Positions 12,711 through 25,500 of a stretch of 64,000 nt of DNA are shown here, piece after piece. Position numbers and translations under genes: made by a program. The DNA lies in the NCBI GenBank assembly GCA_051362555.1, contig CM120640.1, positions 55,468,788 through 55,532,787 on the forward strand, written 5' to 3'. Numbering within the stretch: position 1 is the first letter of the stretch; each line of letters opens with the position of its first letter. Source of the DNA: Lingula anatina (taxonomy: Eukaryota > Animalia > Brachiopoda). The notes below the pieces were generated by a model, which was given only the letters and a program-made list of their open reading frames with translations, made no database searches and was not told the origin of the DNA.

Positions 12711-14641
12711 CAGGGAGTGTTATTGACAACAGAACTTGAATAACACCTGCAAGTGATGGGAGTACCTTATTAACAATTTGTAGAATCGCTACATTTAGTC
12801 TTCAATCTCTCCAAAAATTGTTACTACTTGAAACATCTGAACACATTTGGCTCAATTCATCTCACATATTCCATCAATCATAGTAAATATGCACAAGAGC
12901 CTCAATTAAATTCATCTTACACAGTTTCTATTTAACAGAACAATCGTTTATTGAGGATTGCCCTGGGCAAGCTTCCATCTCAGCAGGATGCACCAAGAAA
13001 CTTTTGCATCACAACTTAATAGGAAGTCAATTTTTTTTACAAAAACTAAATCTTCTTAATAATGTGTGAGTCTTAAATCCTATCTAGCTCTGCAACATGG
13101 ACGATTCTCTGCAGAAGTCCTAATTTTGATTTCGGAAAAAGTGACCCTAAAACAATTTCACAATGTTTTTTTTCAATATGTCATTCCTCATATCACTAAA
13201 ACAGCTGTAAAATGCTAAAAACACAAAATAACAAAAAAAGGATAACATTTTCCAAATGCTTAATATTGCTTTTTCCCAATTATCTAAGCAGCACCTTACC
13301 TTCAATACAGAAGATAATGTATAAAAATTATAATTTGATGTAATGATTTGTTTTCCTTCTGCTAATCGTTTCACAATACGTTTGAGATCTGTGGGATTGC
13401 CTGGCTTGCGGAAGATGTTTGTTGATGCCACACCTTCTCGTGCCAATACTACTATGATTTCCTGAAAGATAAATAAAAGTTGAAAGTTAGAAGATGTATT
13501 AAAAAGAATTATGGTTATAAGAAAGACTATTTCTGGTTATAAAATCAACAATCAAAAACAATTATAAAATTTGCCAAATGACAGGCAATTACATATAATG
13601 TGTTAATAAGATCAATCTAAATGACAAATATTTTTTCTAAGCTTTAAAGTCACAAGCCCTTTCTGGGGTAGCGCTAGCAATTTTTTTCACTTAGCCGAAT
13701 CACCACTTTTTTGTCAATTTGTTATCAAAATGGTTATAATTTGACTAAAACTAGTCAAATCAAGCCCATTTTCTTAGCCAATTAAGGCCAGTTTTAGCAT
13801 TTGGCTAAATTGGCGAGTGTTAGCGCTACCCCAGCCTTTCTTATCAATTAGTGTTGTTCTGTTATTCTTTTAAGGTACCATACCAATCACAAATTGCCAT
13901 TCAATTGATTATATGGAGAAGAGGCTTCTATCATCCATATAGATAATATGTTGCCATAGAGCATTTAAAATCTGCCAACAGATATTACACTTTGAACTGC
14001 TGAACATAATCAGTCTTGTTGCTTTGGATGATGAACAGTCTAAAACCCTAGTGGAAGTCAGAGGCTCAAAGTAGACTGGCCCCCTTGATTGTCTGCAATA
14101 ATCTGAATCTCAGGATACAAATCCAAAAGATTTGTAGATAAAATAATATTTGCTAGATATCTCCTGTTTTTATGCACATGAAAAGGTTGTAAAATTTAAA
14201 AACACCTACCTCCAAGGGCTCTGTGACAATTCCATTTTTAAATGCTTGGTCCAATGGAACCCCAAATTTGACCCTAGGAAATAACAGTGATGATGAAATT
14301 AAAAAGCAGCCAAAAGATCTTATAAATCAATCAATCAATCACAAATCAACTAGACCCTGAATATTCCCTAACGTGATAAGGTCTCATAATAAATATTTTT
14401 GGCTGTCCAAAATAATTATGCTACCACTACTGTGTACAATCCCCATCTTCTTATAGTTTTTTTTTTTCTGAAAAAAATAGAGCATCTTTCAAAATAAAGA
14501 GACCACATTTTTTGCAAGCGAGCTCACATTACATTTATTATTAAATTGCATCCTCACATAAACTTACTTTGGAAACCTTGGAGTATCGCTGTCACGACTT
14601 GAGCCACAACCAAGGGTAATGGTCCGCAAAATAACCGCCAT
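5848..14641 (-). CDS. Rho GTPase-activating protein (N-terminal RhoGAP domain, low-complexity C-terminal half), ~559 aa
   Basis: Exons 14641-14568, 14273-14210, 13461-13300, 12266-12157, 11465-11131, 8057-7980, 7338-6992 and 6357-5848 total 1680 nt, all GT-AG and in phase. Motifs: KFGVPL, IFRKPGN (arginine finger), SSVLKKFLLKIPGG, MSGEALARSV, MQFLIENF. Subfamily not assigned. Confidence 0.9.
8984..9326 (+). mobile_element. TTAA-TSD MITE (Kolobok-like termini), copy 1
   Basis: TTAA|AGGGATAATAACT ... AGTTATTATCCCT|TTAA. Clearly homologous to the copies at 48297 and 50382. Confidence 0.85.
9643..10973 (-). mobile_element. Tc1-family (DD34E) DNA transposon, full length but decayed, in a RhoGAP intron
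   Basis: 29-bp TIRs (CACACACTAGACAATAGAAGTGTCACCCC, 2 mismatches between ends) flanked by TA; about 1.33 kb. Confidence 0.93.
9883..10791 (-). pseudogene. Tc1 transposase pseudogene
   Basis: MAKYRQLS...GRPRKTT (HTH and GRPR), FSDECRF, IMVWGCIS, QDDNAPCH and WPALSPDAKIIENLW, with 34 residues between the second D and the E. Split by stops and frameshifts (ORFs 10026-10391 and 9883-10149 are in different frames). Confidence 0.92.
12659..12708. repeat. (GT)n microsatellite
   Basis: Direct reading. Confidence 0.95.
13663..13834. mobile_element. Short MITE with 5-bp TSD (hAT5-like)
   Basis: TIR CTGGGGTAGCGCTA ... TAGCGCTACCCCAG with CCTTT on both flanks. Confidence 0.75.
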
Positions 14642-16355
14642 CTTGGATGGGTCCAGCCAATCACAATGAGACAGTAAGGTTGCTAAATCTATTTCTACAA
14701 AGTTGTTCACTGAATGGTTTCATTCTGCTTTGAAAAGACGTGCTGCAGCTGTTGTTTCAATCATGGGAGTGAGTTATGGATATGTGGAGCTCCAGAGATA
14801 ACAACTGTTAAATGACCATCTGAAAAAGGTGTCATTAAAAAATTATAAGCATGTTGTTGCATAGATTTTTAATGTATTAACTAACATAATCTTGTTGAAT
14901 AAACAGTTTTTAAATCTCTCCACTTGTCCAATAGCAACAGCATTATCATCTTAATAAAGTCCCCCCACATTTCACATGTACATACATGACTTATGAGCAC
15001 ACGACAGCGACAAAGCAGCACCCGTTCCTTTTCTCCTATGAAGCAAGAATTTTTCTTTTTCCTGTTAAGTGCTGTGTGCAAGCAAATATTACAAGAACTA
15101 AATTACACTAGTTTCAAAACAACTGTAAATTCTTTTCCTTACAAATTTCTAAAACAAAGAATACAAACCCTAAGCTTATATAAAAGTATTCACTAACTTC
15201 AATGCTGACCAAAAGACCTGCTCCATTAATGTTTCTGACATTACCATACACACCCTTTCCTTTTCGACAGCCATTCTTTGATATCTATAATCAAATATGT
15301 TTTGATACCTCAAATGGTGGCATATCAGGACTGTAAAACAGCTACAGTTTGCCACTACCTACTTTGACATGTATACACAATTATGTTGACAGGCAAGAAC
15401 AAATATAGAACAAGCAAAGATATGTATGCTCTGATGATACAGGTTAATTAACAGAACTACTTTAATTTATGCACACTGCATACTTAATCCTTAGGCCAGG
15501 TAAAATGGGTACAAAAACAGCTTACTGATCAATATACCCCAAGAAGCATACAAAGAAAGTTAAGAAGTTCATACCTGAAAAAAAAACAAAAAAAAAAAAC
15601 ATAAGATATCTTAAACGTAAACTTACAAATATCAAGTAAAATACTGTATTCCAAAGACATCACTAAATTTACTTGCATGTCTGCTGACTAGCTCCTAAAA
15701 CATGCTTCAAGTGTCACAACAAGCTTCCCAATGTCTACAAATAAGTTTCTGGAACTAAAACTATGGCAATCCTTCTACAACTTCAACATAAAATAAAAAG
15801 CATCATAAAAATGCTAGTTTACAGGCTATAGCACATGTGACAAGTTGAAATTGATTTTGTGTTATCTGTGTCCCACACTGAGCTTGGGTAAACAAACTCT
15901 GATAGGAGGAGTGAATTCAAGTCTATCAAACCAAGCACTAAACAATTTCTATGGATAATATCAACAGCCTGTGCAGGTCAGCCTCAGGTTTACTATGAAA
16001 ATTAAACTGTAACACCACCTGAAATTTAAAGTGAAATCACCAGTCAGACTGATCTGGGTTTCAGTAAGAGAAATACAATTTTAATGAATAATAACCTTTT
16101 CACCTCAGTAATGTTTTGAACATTCAACAATATGCAAAAAAATCAAAATAATAAAAATAACAATTTCAGCATGCCCATTTAAAAAAATTAACTGTTTCTG
16201 GCTCTCAAAGCTCTCAAAAAAAAAAAAAAAAAAAGTCTCAGCTCAAACTGAGATGATAAAGAAAGTGTTAACAATCATTAATATATATTTACAAAAATGG
16301 AAATATATAGGAATAATTGAATCATGCCAAGTTGCAATTTTTCATCTTAGACGAA

Positions 16356-16612
16356 GGCTTCGTTCACATGCAATGTCTATTTTCTAAATTCTATTTTCTA
16401 TTCGCGCTATCTTATGATCACGGTCTGTGCCCTGAATATCCCGCCGCGTAATTACTGGCAGCGCGAGCCAGTTACTTATAGTAACTTATAGTAACTGGCT
16501 CGCGCTGCCAGTAATTACGCCGCGGGACATTAAGGGCACAGAGCGTGATCATAAGACATACCGCGAATAGAAAATAGAATTTAGAAAATAGACATTGCAT
16601 GTGAACGAAGCC
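16356..16612. mobile_element. Foldback MITE, PIF/Harbinger-like
   Basis: Near-perfect ~125-bp arms GGCTTCGTTCACATGCAATG... / ...CATTGCATGTGAACGAAGCC. Flanks are GAA and TAA (imperfect 3-bp TSD). Confidence 0.85.
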
Positions 16613-19600
16613 TAACACTTAGCCTAGCAACTCAAACAGGGTCTATCACCTGGAGATACAATAATCACATGACAAAAATTATTGAAAAAAAAATGAAAAA
16701 AGATGAATAAATAGATCTTGCCCTCTCTTGAACTTGGCCTAAATGAATGAGTTATCAATGTCAGTTATAAGCAAAATAGCTACATTGACAGCATTTGCAG
16801 TAATAAGAAATGCAAACATCTCCTGATTTAGCTCTGGCAATGGAGACAGATGAAGGTTGGTAACATGTCCTGACAATGTAGATGGAAAATGAAACACTAA
16901 AAATCCATCCATAAAATTTGCATCTTTTTATATATTGGAAAGACCAGCTTGCCAATTATCAGAGAAATTATCTTTGATTAAACCTACACAAGTTTACTAT
17001 CACAGTCTGTCTGCAATGTTTCCGGCAATTGACTAGACAATGTTTGCATTGTTTAATTTCTAAAGCCAAGTGCTTTCTATATATTTAATAGAATTAGCCC
17101 AGATGTGTCTGTAACATGTTAATGCAGGATAAAATATTTAGGATCAATTCACAAGCCAAGAAAACAGAAAAACTTTCAACAATCTCATCTCAATTTTTTG
17201 TAAATGCAATATCAGTAGTGTGAAAAATGAAAGTATAAAAATATCAGTTTAGCTAAATAACAGAACAAAATGCTCAACTTGAGTTTTTTTTTCTTAATTT
17301 CTCGTGATGCCTTCCATAAAAAGATCCAAATTAATGACATGCACACTGTTACAATATGACACCAGAGCTTATTCACCAAACAATTCTCAAGAGCACAATT
17401 CATATTCTCTTAATAAAAACACAGAAAAAAAGATAATAAGATGATAACCAAAAAAAAGTTTATTGGATAGCCTACCTTCTACATCAACCCCGAGCACTTC
17501 AAAAAGAAAAAATAATCCTAAAATACACAAAAACATTTCACAATGGAGAATTCTGTCCTCAGACCACAGCAACATTCTTTTTAATAAACGTATCTGGTAG
17601 TAAATACGTCAGAGCAGTGTAAGCATGACCTCATTGCAGGTTCTGAGGCTGTGTGGGGGAGGGTGAAAAAAAAAAACCACAACTGCTGCTTTCGTAGAAA
17701 AGGGGAAACCCCCAGTTATGGCCATCTACAGTTTCAAATGCTTTCAAAATCTTCTTCTACTTCTGATTGCTATTTTGTTTACAACTGATCCAAATCTCAA
17801 ATCCAGATTTGATGCTGATCAGATTAGACAATGTGGGTTTGCAATCCTTTTGCTTACTTATTGATGAGTATAGGGATATCTTTAGACATTCATTCCTTAT
17901 TCAGTCCTTATATAAATCTTTCAATAAATAAAATAGGGTAAATTCTACTACAATTTGAAATTACAGATAAAAATGAACAAATAACAATTACCTCACTTGT
18001 AATCTACTTTGACAGTTTTTATGTAAACCAATCAATCAGGATCTAATATCATTTAACTACTAAAATATAATCATATGTATTAATCAAAATTACAACTGAT
18101 CAGGAAAAGGGTTAAATTATTGAAGTATAGGTTATGAAATAAAAGTATATAACAGGATGAAGGTAGTTCTGTTTGAAAAGAGACAATTTTGTGAGGTTTT
18201 TGTGACTTAAACAACACTACTCTTTGTTATAACAGCAGTTACTAATATTGTCAAGGAATGTTAACAAGTGCTTTTTTTTAAGTAATGAATTGTGATCCTT
18301 AAAATTACATTTAAGAGCTTCTGAAAATGAAAAGAATCCATGTATAACAGGGTAAGCCCTACATGTCTTATGAGCATATTATTTCTATAATAATTTGGAT
18401 TTTGTAAGTCAGTATGTTTCATTGGAAATATATTTAAACGCACACTCCATGAGATTTACCTGCCAAAATTGATTTTCCCATGAAAATAAACAATTTTTGT
18501 ACCCACAAATCATTTATCTATCTCTCTCTGCACTTGGATTCTACCTTTGAAAACTTATAAAGGTTGATTTTAGTTTAAAATGACTGGCCAGTCATAACAA
18601 CAATCATTTTCCTATAAGATCCAATGGAAATATCAACATCAGGTACACTCAAGACTTAAACATTAAAGGGTTAAACTTTTAAGGTGTATAAGTAAGGATA
18701 ACTGGGTAACTCTTATTTGACAAACACTATTCATTATACAATCTACCCTATCACAATCACTTTGAATACCCAATACCCCATAAGCATTTCAAAAACACTA
18801 ATTTTTTTAACCTTTTGTCTTTTCCAAAATTGTTATGGTAAGTGTCAGAAAAGGAAGATTAAAGGTTGGTTATTTGGTTGGGAGAGGGGGGGGGCATTTA
18901 GCTCGGGGGAAAAATTTCCTGGACTCTTACAAAATTAAGGTCAGTGTCTGGAAAAGAGGATCATCGATTCATTAGACAAGGAAAAATACCATTTACCCCG
19001 CAAATTTTTTTTTCTTTTGTGAGAAAATCATCAGACTTGAATGTAAGTTTTTACACTTTACATTCTGTAAAAATTATGAAGTACTGTTGCATTTCGGAAA
19101 CAATGCATCAGTTGAGCACACAAGAGCAATCCCCACTTGACTGCTGTCAACAAATACAACTACACATGGCCTGATATCTATCTTTCTTTTCCATACATGA
19201 CGGATTATTTCCATATTATAAAAATTATATTATAAAAGTTCAATGTCAAAAGTTATCAAAGACTTCTTTTTAAATTAATACTCCTTCATAGCCTTCGATT
19301 ATATTAATTTAGCAAATAGCAAATTAAAGTCAACTTTTAAAATTTGACTACAATAACTCCTCTTTTTCCCATGCCATGACACACATACTTCTCAACTAAC
19401 AAACATACAAAACACAATGGTGATTCATGTCATTCAACATAATTTCTTATTCTTTTCATTTTTAAGGATGAACTGAAGCTGCCACGTTTACAATATACAA
19501 CTGCCTTTTAAACATAAACATATTTACATCTTTTTACAGTTATTTCAAAAAATATACCCAAAGTCAGTATAGCAGAGAAGACAAGGTAATTGCCAGTGAC

Positions 19601-20795
19601 CATTTCCATATTTGTGCCCCTATCTTGAGTGACCTGTACAGACAAATATTTAATTTAAAAAAACAAATCAAGAAAAAAGTTGCCCAGACTTAAGCATCAT
19701 CTATTTAAAAACAACACAGTCAGTATTTACAAAAGCTGTAAACAGAAGAAAAAAGACAAGCTTTGACAGCAGTGACAACACACTTACTGACTATAACATA
19801 CTCTAGGCAAATGACTTTAAAATATTTTTCTGTATCTTTCTCTCTCTTTTTTTCTTTATCCAAGAAAATAATATTTTAAAGAATCTGGTTAACACTTCAT
19901 ATCATAACAACTGCCCCAACCACACCACTAAACAGTTTACATTCCACAATCAGCATCAGGGCATCATATAACTAAGAAAATTTAGTTTAAAAAAACTCAG
20001 TGCTTAATGATGTTGTTGTCAGAAAGAATTTTCCACACAAAAATATCACTTTTCAAACTGAACAAAATGACTGGCAAAAAGGGGGGAATGCAGTTTTTTT
20101 CATTGGCCATTTATATCTAAAGAGGTGGTAGCATAAATTTTACCCTTCTACCTTAAAAAAATAAAGCCTTAAAGCTTTTATCCATGTGTAAGAAAGTCTC
20201 CATGTTATGACTGCATGCATACATTACTCAAACCACAGTTTAAAGTTTACACGCATAAATAAATATATTTATGTCAAGTAGAAACAACCAACTTTCGAGT
20301 AAAAAGTACATTAATAAAGAGGTATACTACAAAACAAACTTGGAATAGAAATACATGCTAGCTTTAAATGTCTTTAGAAGCACTTTAACATTACGAGGTC
20401 TTAATTATCTTCTAAGAACACTACTTAAATTGAGATGTAATTTTTTTTTAATCCAGAAAATGCCCTTCACAGGGTAGCACAAAGTTTCATGCATTAGCAC
20501 TCCTATTTATAATCTCTGATATGCACTATTTGTGCAAACATATGAAATATAGAGGTACACATAACTCAAAAGCTAGCTAATGCCTTCACAATGATGTGGG
20601 GTCTCTCAAATCTTTTGCTTGCCTCTAACCTCCTCAATCAACACACTTAAGAAAAGTCAATGGGTCTTACCATTGTCAGTGCTTTGAACAAAGTATGATT
20701 CATCTGCTCATCTACCAGTCATTAAAGACCGCTAACGAATCCATGAAGTGGGTCAAATAATGATCTTATATTTGGACCCCAACAGAAAGCAAACT

Positions 20796-21132
20796 CAGAC
20801 ATGCTGAAACTGTCATGACCGGGAAAATTTGTCTGGACCAATAGAAAATTGGACTTGGTCGGTCCAAAGACAAGAGTTTTAAGAACAGCAATTTTGAATT
20901 TATAGTCATCCTTCGACATACTTCACTAATAAAATTATATAAACCCCAAAGCGTTTTTCCCTATATTTCAAACCTATTACATTCACAAACAAAGTAAGCT
21001 ACCTTACTGGTAGTATCTGTCTCAAACGAATAGGGTGATTTTCGGTCCGACAAACAACCATTCAGTCCGGTAAATTTTTCATTACTGCAGGTCCAAATGT
21101 CCGGCCATTCTGAAAAGTTTTCAGCATGTCTG
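20796..21132. mobile_element. MITE with CAG termini and 6-bp TSD (hAT6-like)
   Basis: CAGACATGCTGAAA ... TTTCAGCATGTCTG with CAAACT on both flanks; internal GGTCCG/GGACC subterminal motifs. Confidence 0.75.
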
Positions 21133-22075
21133 CAAACTATCATGCAGAATCACACATAATGATTGTTCATGAGTATCTTTCTGGGAAGTAAACAACCTCC
21201 AGCATTCTATAGAAGTAACAGGCAAGCAGAAGATTTTAGAGCCATTGACATGCAGTTGGTAATAGATTCACAAGCTGGTCATCATATTATAGTTATAGGA
21301 ACCTCAGACTGTGTGTTGGCACTTAGAGTGAATATCAGACATTGTAATAGTAGTATTAACACATGAAATTTCATGCTAATAACAGGCCAATCCTTATACC
21401 TATTTAGTACTAGTACTAGTACTTTTGTACAGACAAGTTTCCATTGCTTATAAAAGACCTGCTAATAATTACATATAACTGCCCTTATTCAATTTCTAGT
21501 ACATTTCCCATGTGTGCAGAAGCATGTTTAAATCTAGTTTTTTTGACAGCAAGCATTTGGATGACAATAATGAGATTAATGGCAATGTATAACAGATATT
21601 ATATACAACAAAGAATGGCAGCATTTATGTTATTGTCTTTTTGTTTTCTTTTCATTTTGAAATGCTATTCACAGTTCATGATATGGATCAACATATGTGA
21701 CATCATCTCAAGCTCTGACTGGTCAGAAGTGTTTGACAATTTGATACTGATACAGTGATAGCAGACACAAGATACCCACCTGCTGGTGCTACTGGTCTTG
21801 TTTTGCCAAAGCAAATGTAACAAAGTTTCACGCGGATATCAAAACAATTTACTGCTAAGCATCACATGATTTCTACACTCTAAACAAATAAATCTCCTAA
21901 CACACCCTAATCACTACATTACAGAGCAAGCAGCATAATAATACTGCAATATTGAAATCCCTGCATTATGTGACCTTTTATTGACCTACTTCTAAGTTCA
22001 GGTTCACTGGATTTACACAAAAATGATGGAGATATTGCTGGGAAATAAAGTCCTTTGTTTGTCGGTCTACTCACC

Positions 22076-22470
22076 TATATAATCTTTATATTCTTGGGAT
22101 TAATCGATCATATGATTATTAATTATGATGGTCATCCTGTCGAATATTATTGAATTTTGTTGAATCAATCTCGTCGATTTCAAACCATGGTTGCCCCGGA
22201 AGTGGAACATTGAACCGAGGCTGAGAGGGGAGCAGCAATTAAAGCAAGATTATCATACGATATATATTACTACTGGCTGACCAGAAAGCTATACCTGTTT
22301 GACACCCGCATCTACTTTCCACAATTTATTTGTTTTTTAATATCTAGGCTGCTCAATAACATTCTTTATCAGAGCAAATTCGTTTTGATTACAGTTTATA
22401 AGTGCTCCTTGTTCACGTGACTGCCATATCTTCAATTCTCCGCCATCTTTAGACTGTACCGCAGGTGCAC
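22076..22470. promoter_or_regulatory. Bidirectional promoter region shared by PICALM (+) and the probable non-coding first exon of RhoGAP (-)
   Basis: CpG-enriched patch with ETS CCGGAAGT (22196-22203), E-box TCACGTGAC (22413-22421) and YY1 CCGCCATCTT (22440-22449). A strong minus-strand donor AG|GTGAGT lies at ~22075, and the RhoGAP ATG exon has an acceptor at ~14819. Confidence 0.6.
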
Positions 22471-22563
22471 CCACCCCTTTATTTTTTAGGTGAAGTTAAC
22501 TGGGTCATTTTGGCCCTTGGAGCTTTCCCATAAAAGTTGTTGAGTGACAGGGGTGAGGAAATC

Positions 22564-25500
22564 ATGTCCAAACAAAGCATAGTAGACCGTGTGCTTGCTG
22601 CAAAGCACACGGTGGTCGGACAGGGCTTGGCCAAATCGATCTGCAAAGCGACGACAGAGGAAGTCATTGGACCAAAGAAGAAGCATTTGGACTGTAAGTT
22701 TGACCGACAATTTAGTTTTTACAATGTGGTCATGTCATTTCAGTCTTTCCTTAGTCAGGAGTGCTCTACTTTAATAGGGCCTTTATGTTTGCTGTCAATA
22801 GTGACACTTTGCACACTGTATTGATTTTTGTCGACAAATTTAGTTTATTGAGTCGAATGGTTGGAGAAATGCAAGTGGTGTGAAAACATGAGACCAAAAC
22901 ATCGATATAACATCATATAAGACTCTGCTGCTTTTCTAAAAGTGCAAATTGTACATTGCAGCTTTTAGTCATGAATCCACTTAAGTTAAACTGTATCTTT
23001 CTGTTATGTAACCGATACTGCCATTCACTTCATTTCGATTTGAAGTTACTCCCCAACTTCCAACAATCGTCTGCAACAATTGAAATATAAGCACAAACTG
23101 ACAACAAAACACATTTTAATTATTAGAGAAATCCTGTTGTAAAAATGTACATACCACCACCTGTAACTTTAAAGACTATAACGTTGGGGGACCCATTTTG
23201 GACAAGAAATAACACTTTTTCTCATCTTGCTCAGTAGAGGATTACTGTATGAAAATGAAATTTGGCATACACCAAGAGGGAACATAACCATTTATAATCA
23301 CACATAGGCAGCCGCTTGTTGATTTGTCAGTAGTGTCTCATGCGCAATGTAAAATCGTAGCCTTGGGACAGTAGAAGCCACTCCTGTAGTACCCATCGAT
23401 ACCTTTTTAGATAAAAGTTACTGAAGTTAAGCCGCCAAGTTGACAATTTTGTTCATGCGTCATTCTCATTTAAAGTATAGCACACTACTTACCAGAATCA
23501 TATTTTACTTTAAGGTAGTTACTCATCAAATTCCATTGAAATCTGCATTCTAGATTTCCCAGAGCACTATTTATTTTGATTTTAAAAAGGTGAATGGTGT
23601 TTCTGATAATCCCCAAAGCTTCTCGTAAAAAATAATTTATGATTAAGTATACATTAAGTGCCTTGAAAAAAAAAAGACATTGGAATAAGTAGGACTTTTG
23701 AAATTTTGAGTAATCCCAATACTGAATAAGACAAAATGTAGATTATGTCATGGCAATGGTGCTTGACCTTATTAAGCATGGTACATGGATATTTAGAACT
23801 CTTTTTAAGGTAGCGTCAGTGGTTTTATTGGTTTAAGATTATTGATAAGTTGTATGATAGGTCACTTACCACCTGTATTCTTCTATAATGAAATAATTGG
23901 ACTATCTAGGAAGCTAGAAAGATATCATTCATTATAGGATGCTTCCCTTAGGTATTTTATGTACAAGTGATTTTTTTCCTGAAGTTACATGCTTCCTTTT
24001 GTGGTTACAAGTCTTATTTGATAATTTCCTTGTCCTTAGGTAACTATAATGCTAATGTATAGAATGTCAGATAGTGTTCCATTGTGGATATCCTGGTTTC
24101 CGGAATTCTTAAATCTGTTTTCATTTTTTGTTTTATATCCTTATGCATATATATTTTCATTTTTAGATCTATATCCATATATAGGAAAAGTGTGCCATGC
24201 CTTGCTCATTGTTGAGACATACTTGTGCATAATTGTTGAGTCAAACATTATAAGGCAGATGTAGCATACTAGATGACTGTCTCACATTGATTTTATACTT
24301 GACAATAGGATGTTTTTATCTACGTTGATAGAAAACACCTTCCTCTATCTTTGTAACAATAGGTATCATATTTCATAGGTGTGACAAGAATGCTAAAAAG
24401 ATGGAAGGCATTACGTTTCCATGCTGGTTATTGTTGTAGTTAGAAACACAGCGCATGTATGAACAGCCCGAAAGGTCCAAGGTCTTAGGCTAGGAGGATT
24501 GAGTCCCTTAATTTGTGCATTGTCATTGATATGGACAATGTCACTGTGTATGTGACAACAGGATTCAAGGTCTGAATTTAGATGACACTAAAATGGACTT
24601 CATACTCCTTGTGTGTTATTTGTCTAGAAATTGCTTGTGAAGACTCTGGGCTCAGTGCTATGTCATGCCTCTTTCTGCCATGACTTTTCTTTTGTCATGC
24701 ATACACCAAATAAAACAAGAGATTCATGACCTAAGGCTTAACATGACTGTCTGTCTGAAAATGTCTTTGTCCATGCTAGTCTCTTTCTGCTAACATAATC
24801 CACCAGTTAATTTGCTTGACTTGTCTTGGTAGAGAAGACCATCTCCATACAGAAATATATTTTGAAAATGGGAAAAATTAAAATGCTTAGTTAATATATA
24901 CATGTTTAGTTAATATGGCCAACAACCTATAATAGTAAATGGATCATTGGAGATGATAAACATTGGAACAAAAGCCATTTTATTTATTGAATGTATAGAG
25001 TTGTAGTTGCGTCACTCTTCATGAGCTGCATGCCAGAAAACCATAATAACTAAACCACAAGTTTGCACGTCCTGCCTTGAGATGAGTAAGTGCTCAGTAA
25101 AATGAAATTGACCACAAAATTCAAGGTAACTAGTGCAGCATAATGATGACGAGTGTAGTCCTGAAATTGCACTTGTATTTAAATCTTTCATTCATTGTAT
25201 TCTACAAGTTTTTCTTCCTAATTTTGCATGTTTCAGCAGTAATATGCAGCGTACAATAATGACAGTGTTAGTTAAATATAGCTTATGTGTCTTTTTCCAT
25301 ATAATTTGGTTTTTATATTATTAGATAGTGGAGAGAATGAGTGTTTTCTATGTTTTGATTATTGCCATATTTTTCAATAAATGTCCCATTTTTGTAAGTA
25401 CTTTTTTGCCAGTATATCGTTTTCATACGGTTGGGACTATGGAATCTATAGATACTGATTTGACAAGGTTAAATAACAGGAATGTTGAAATAAGAACACT

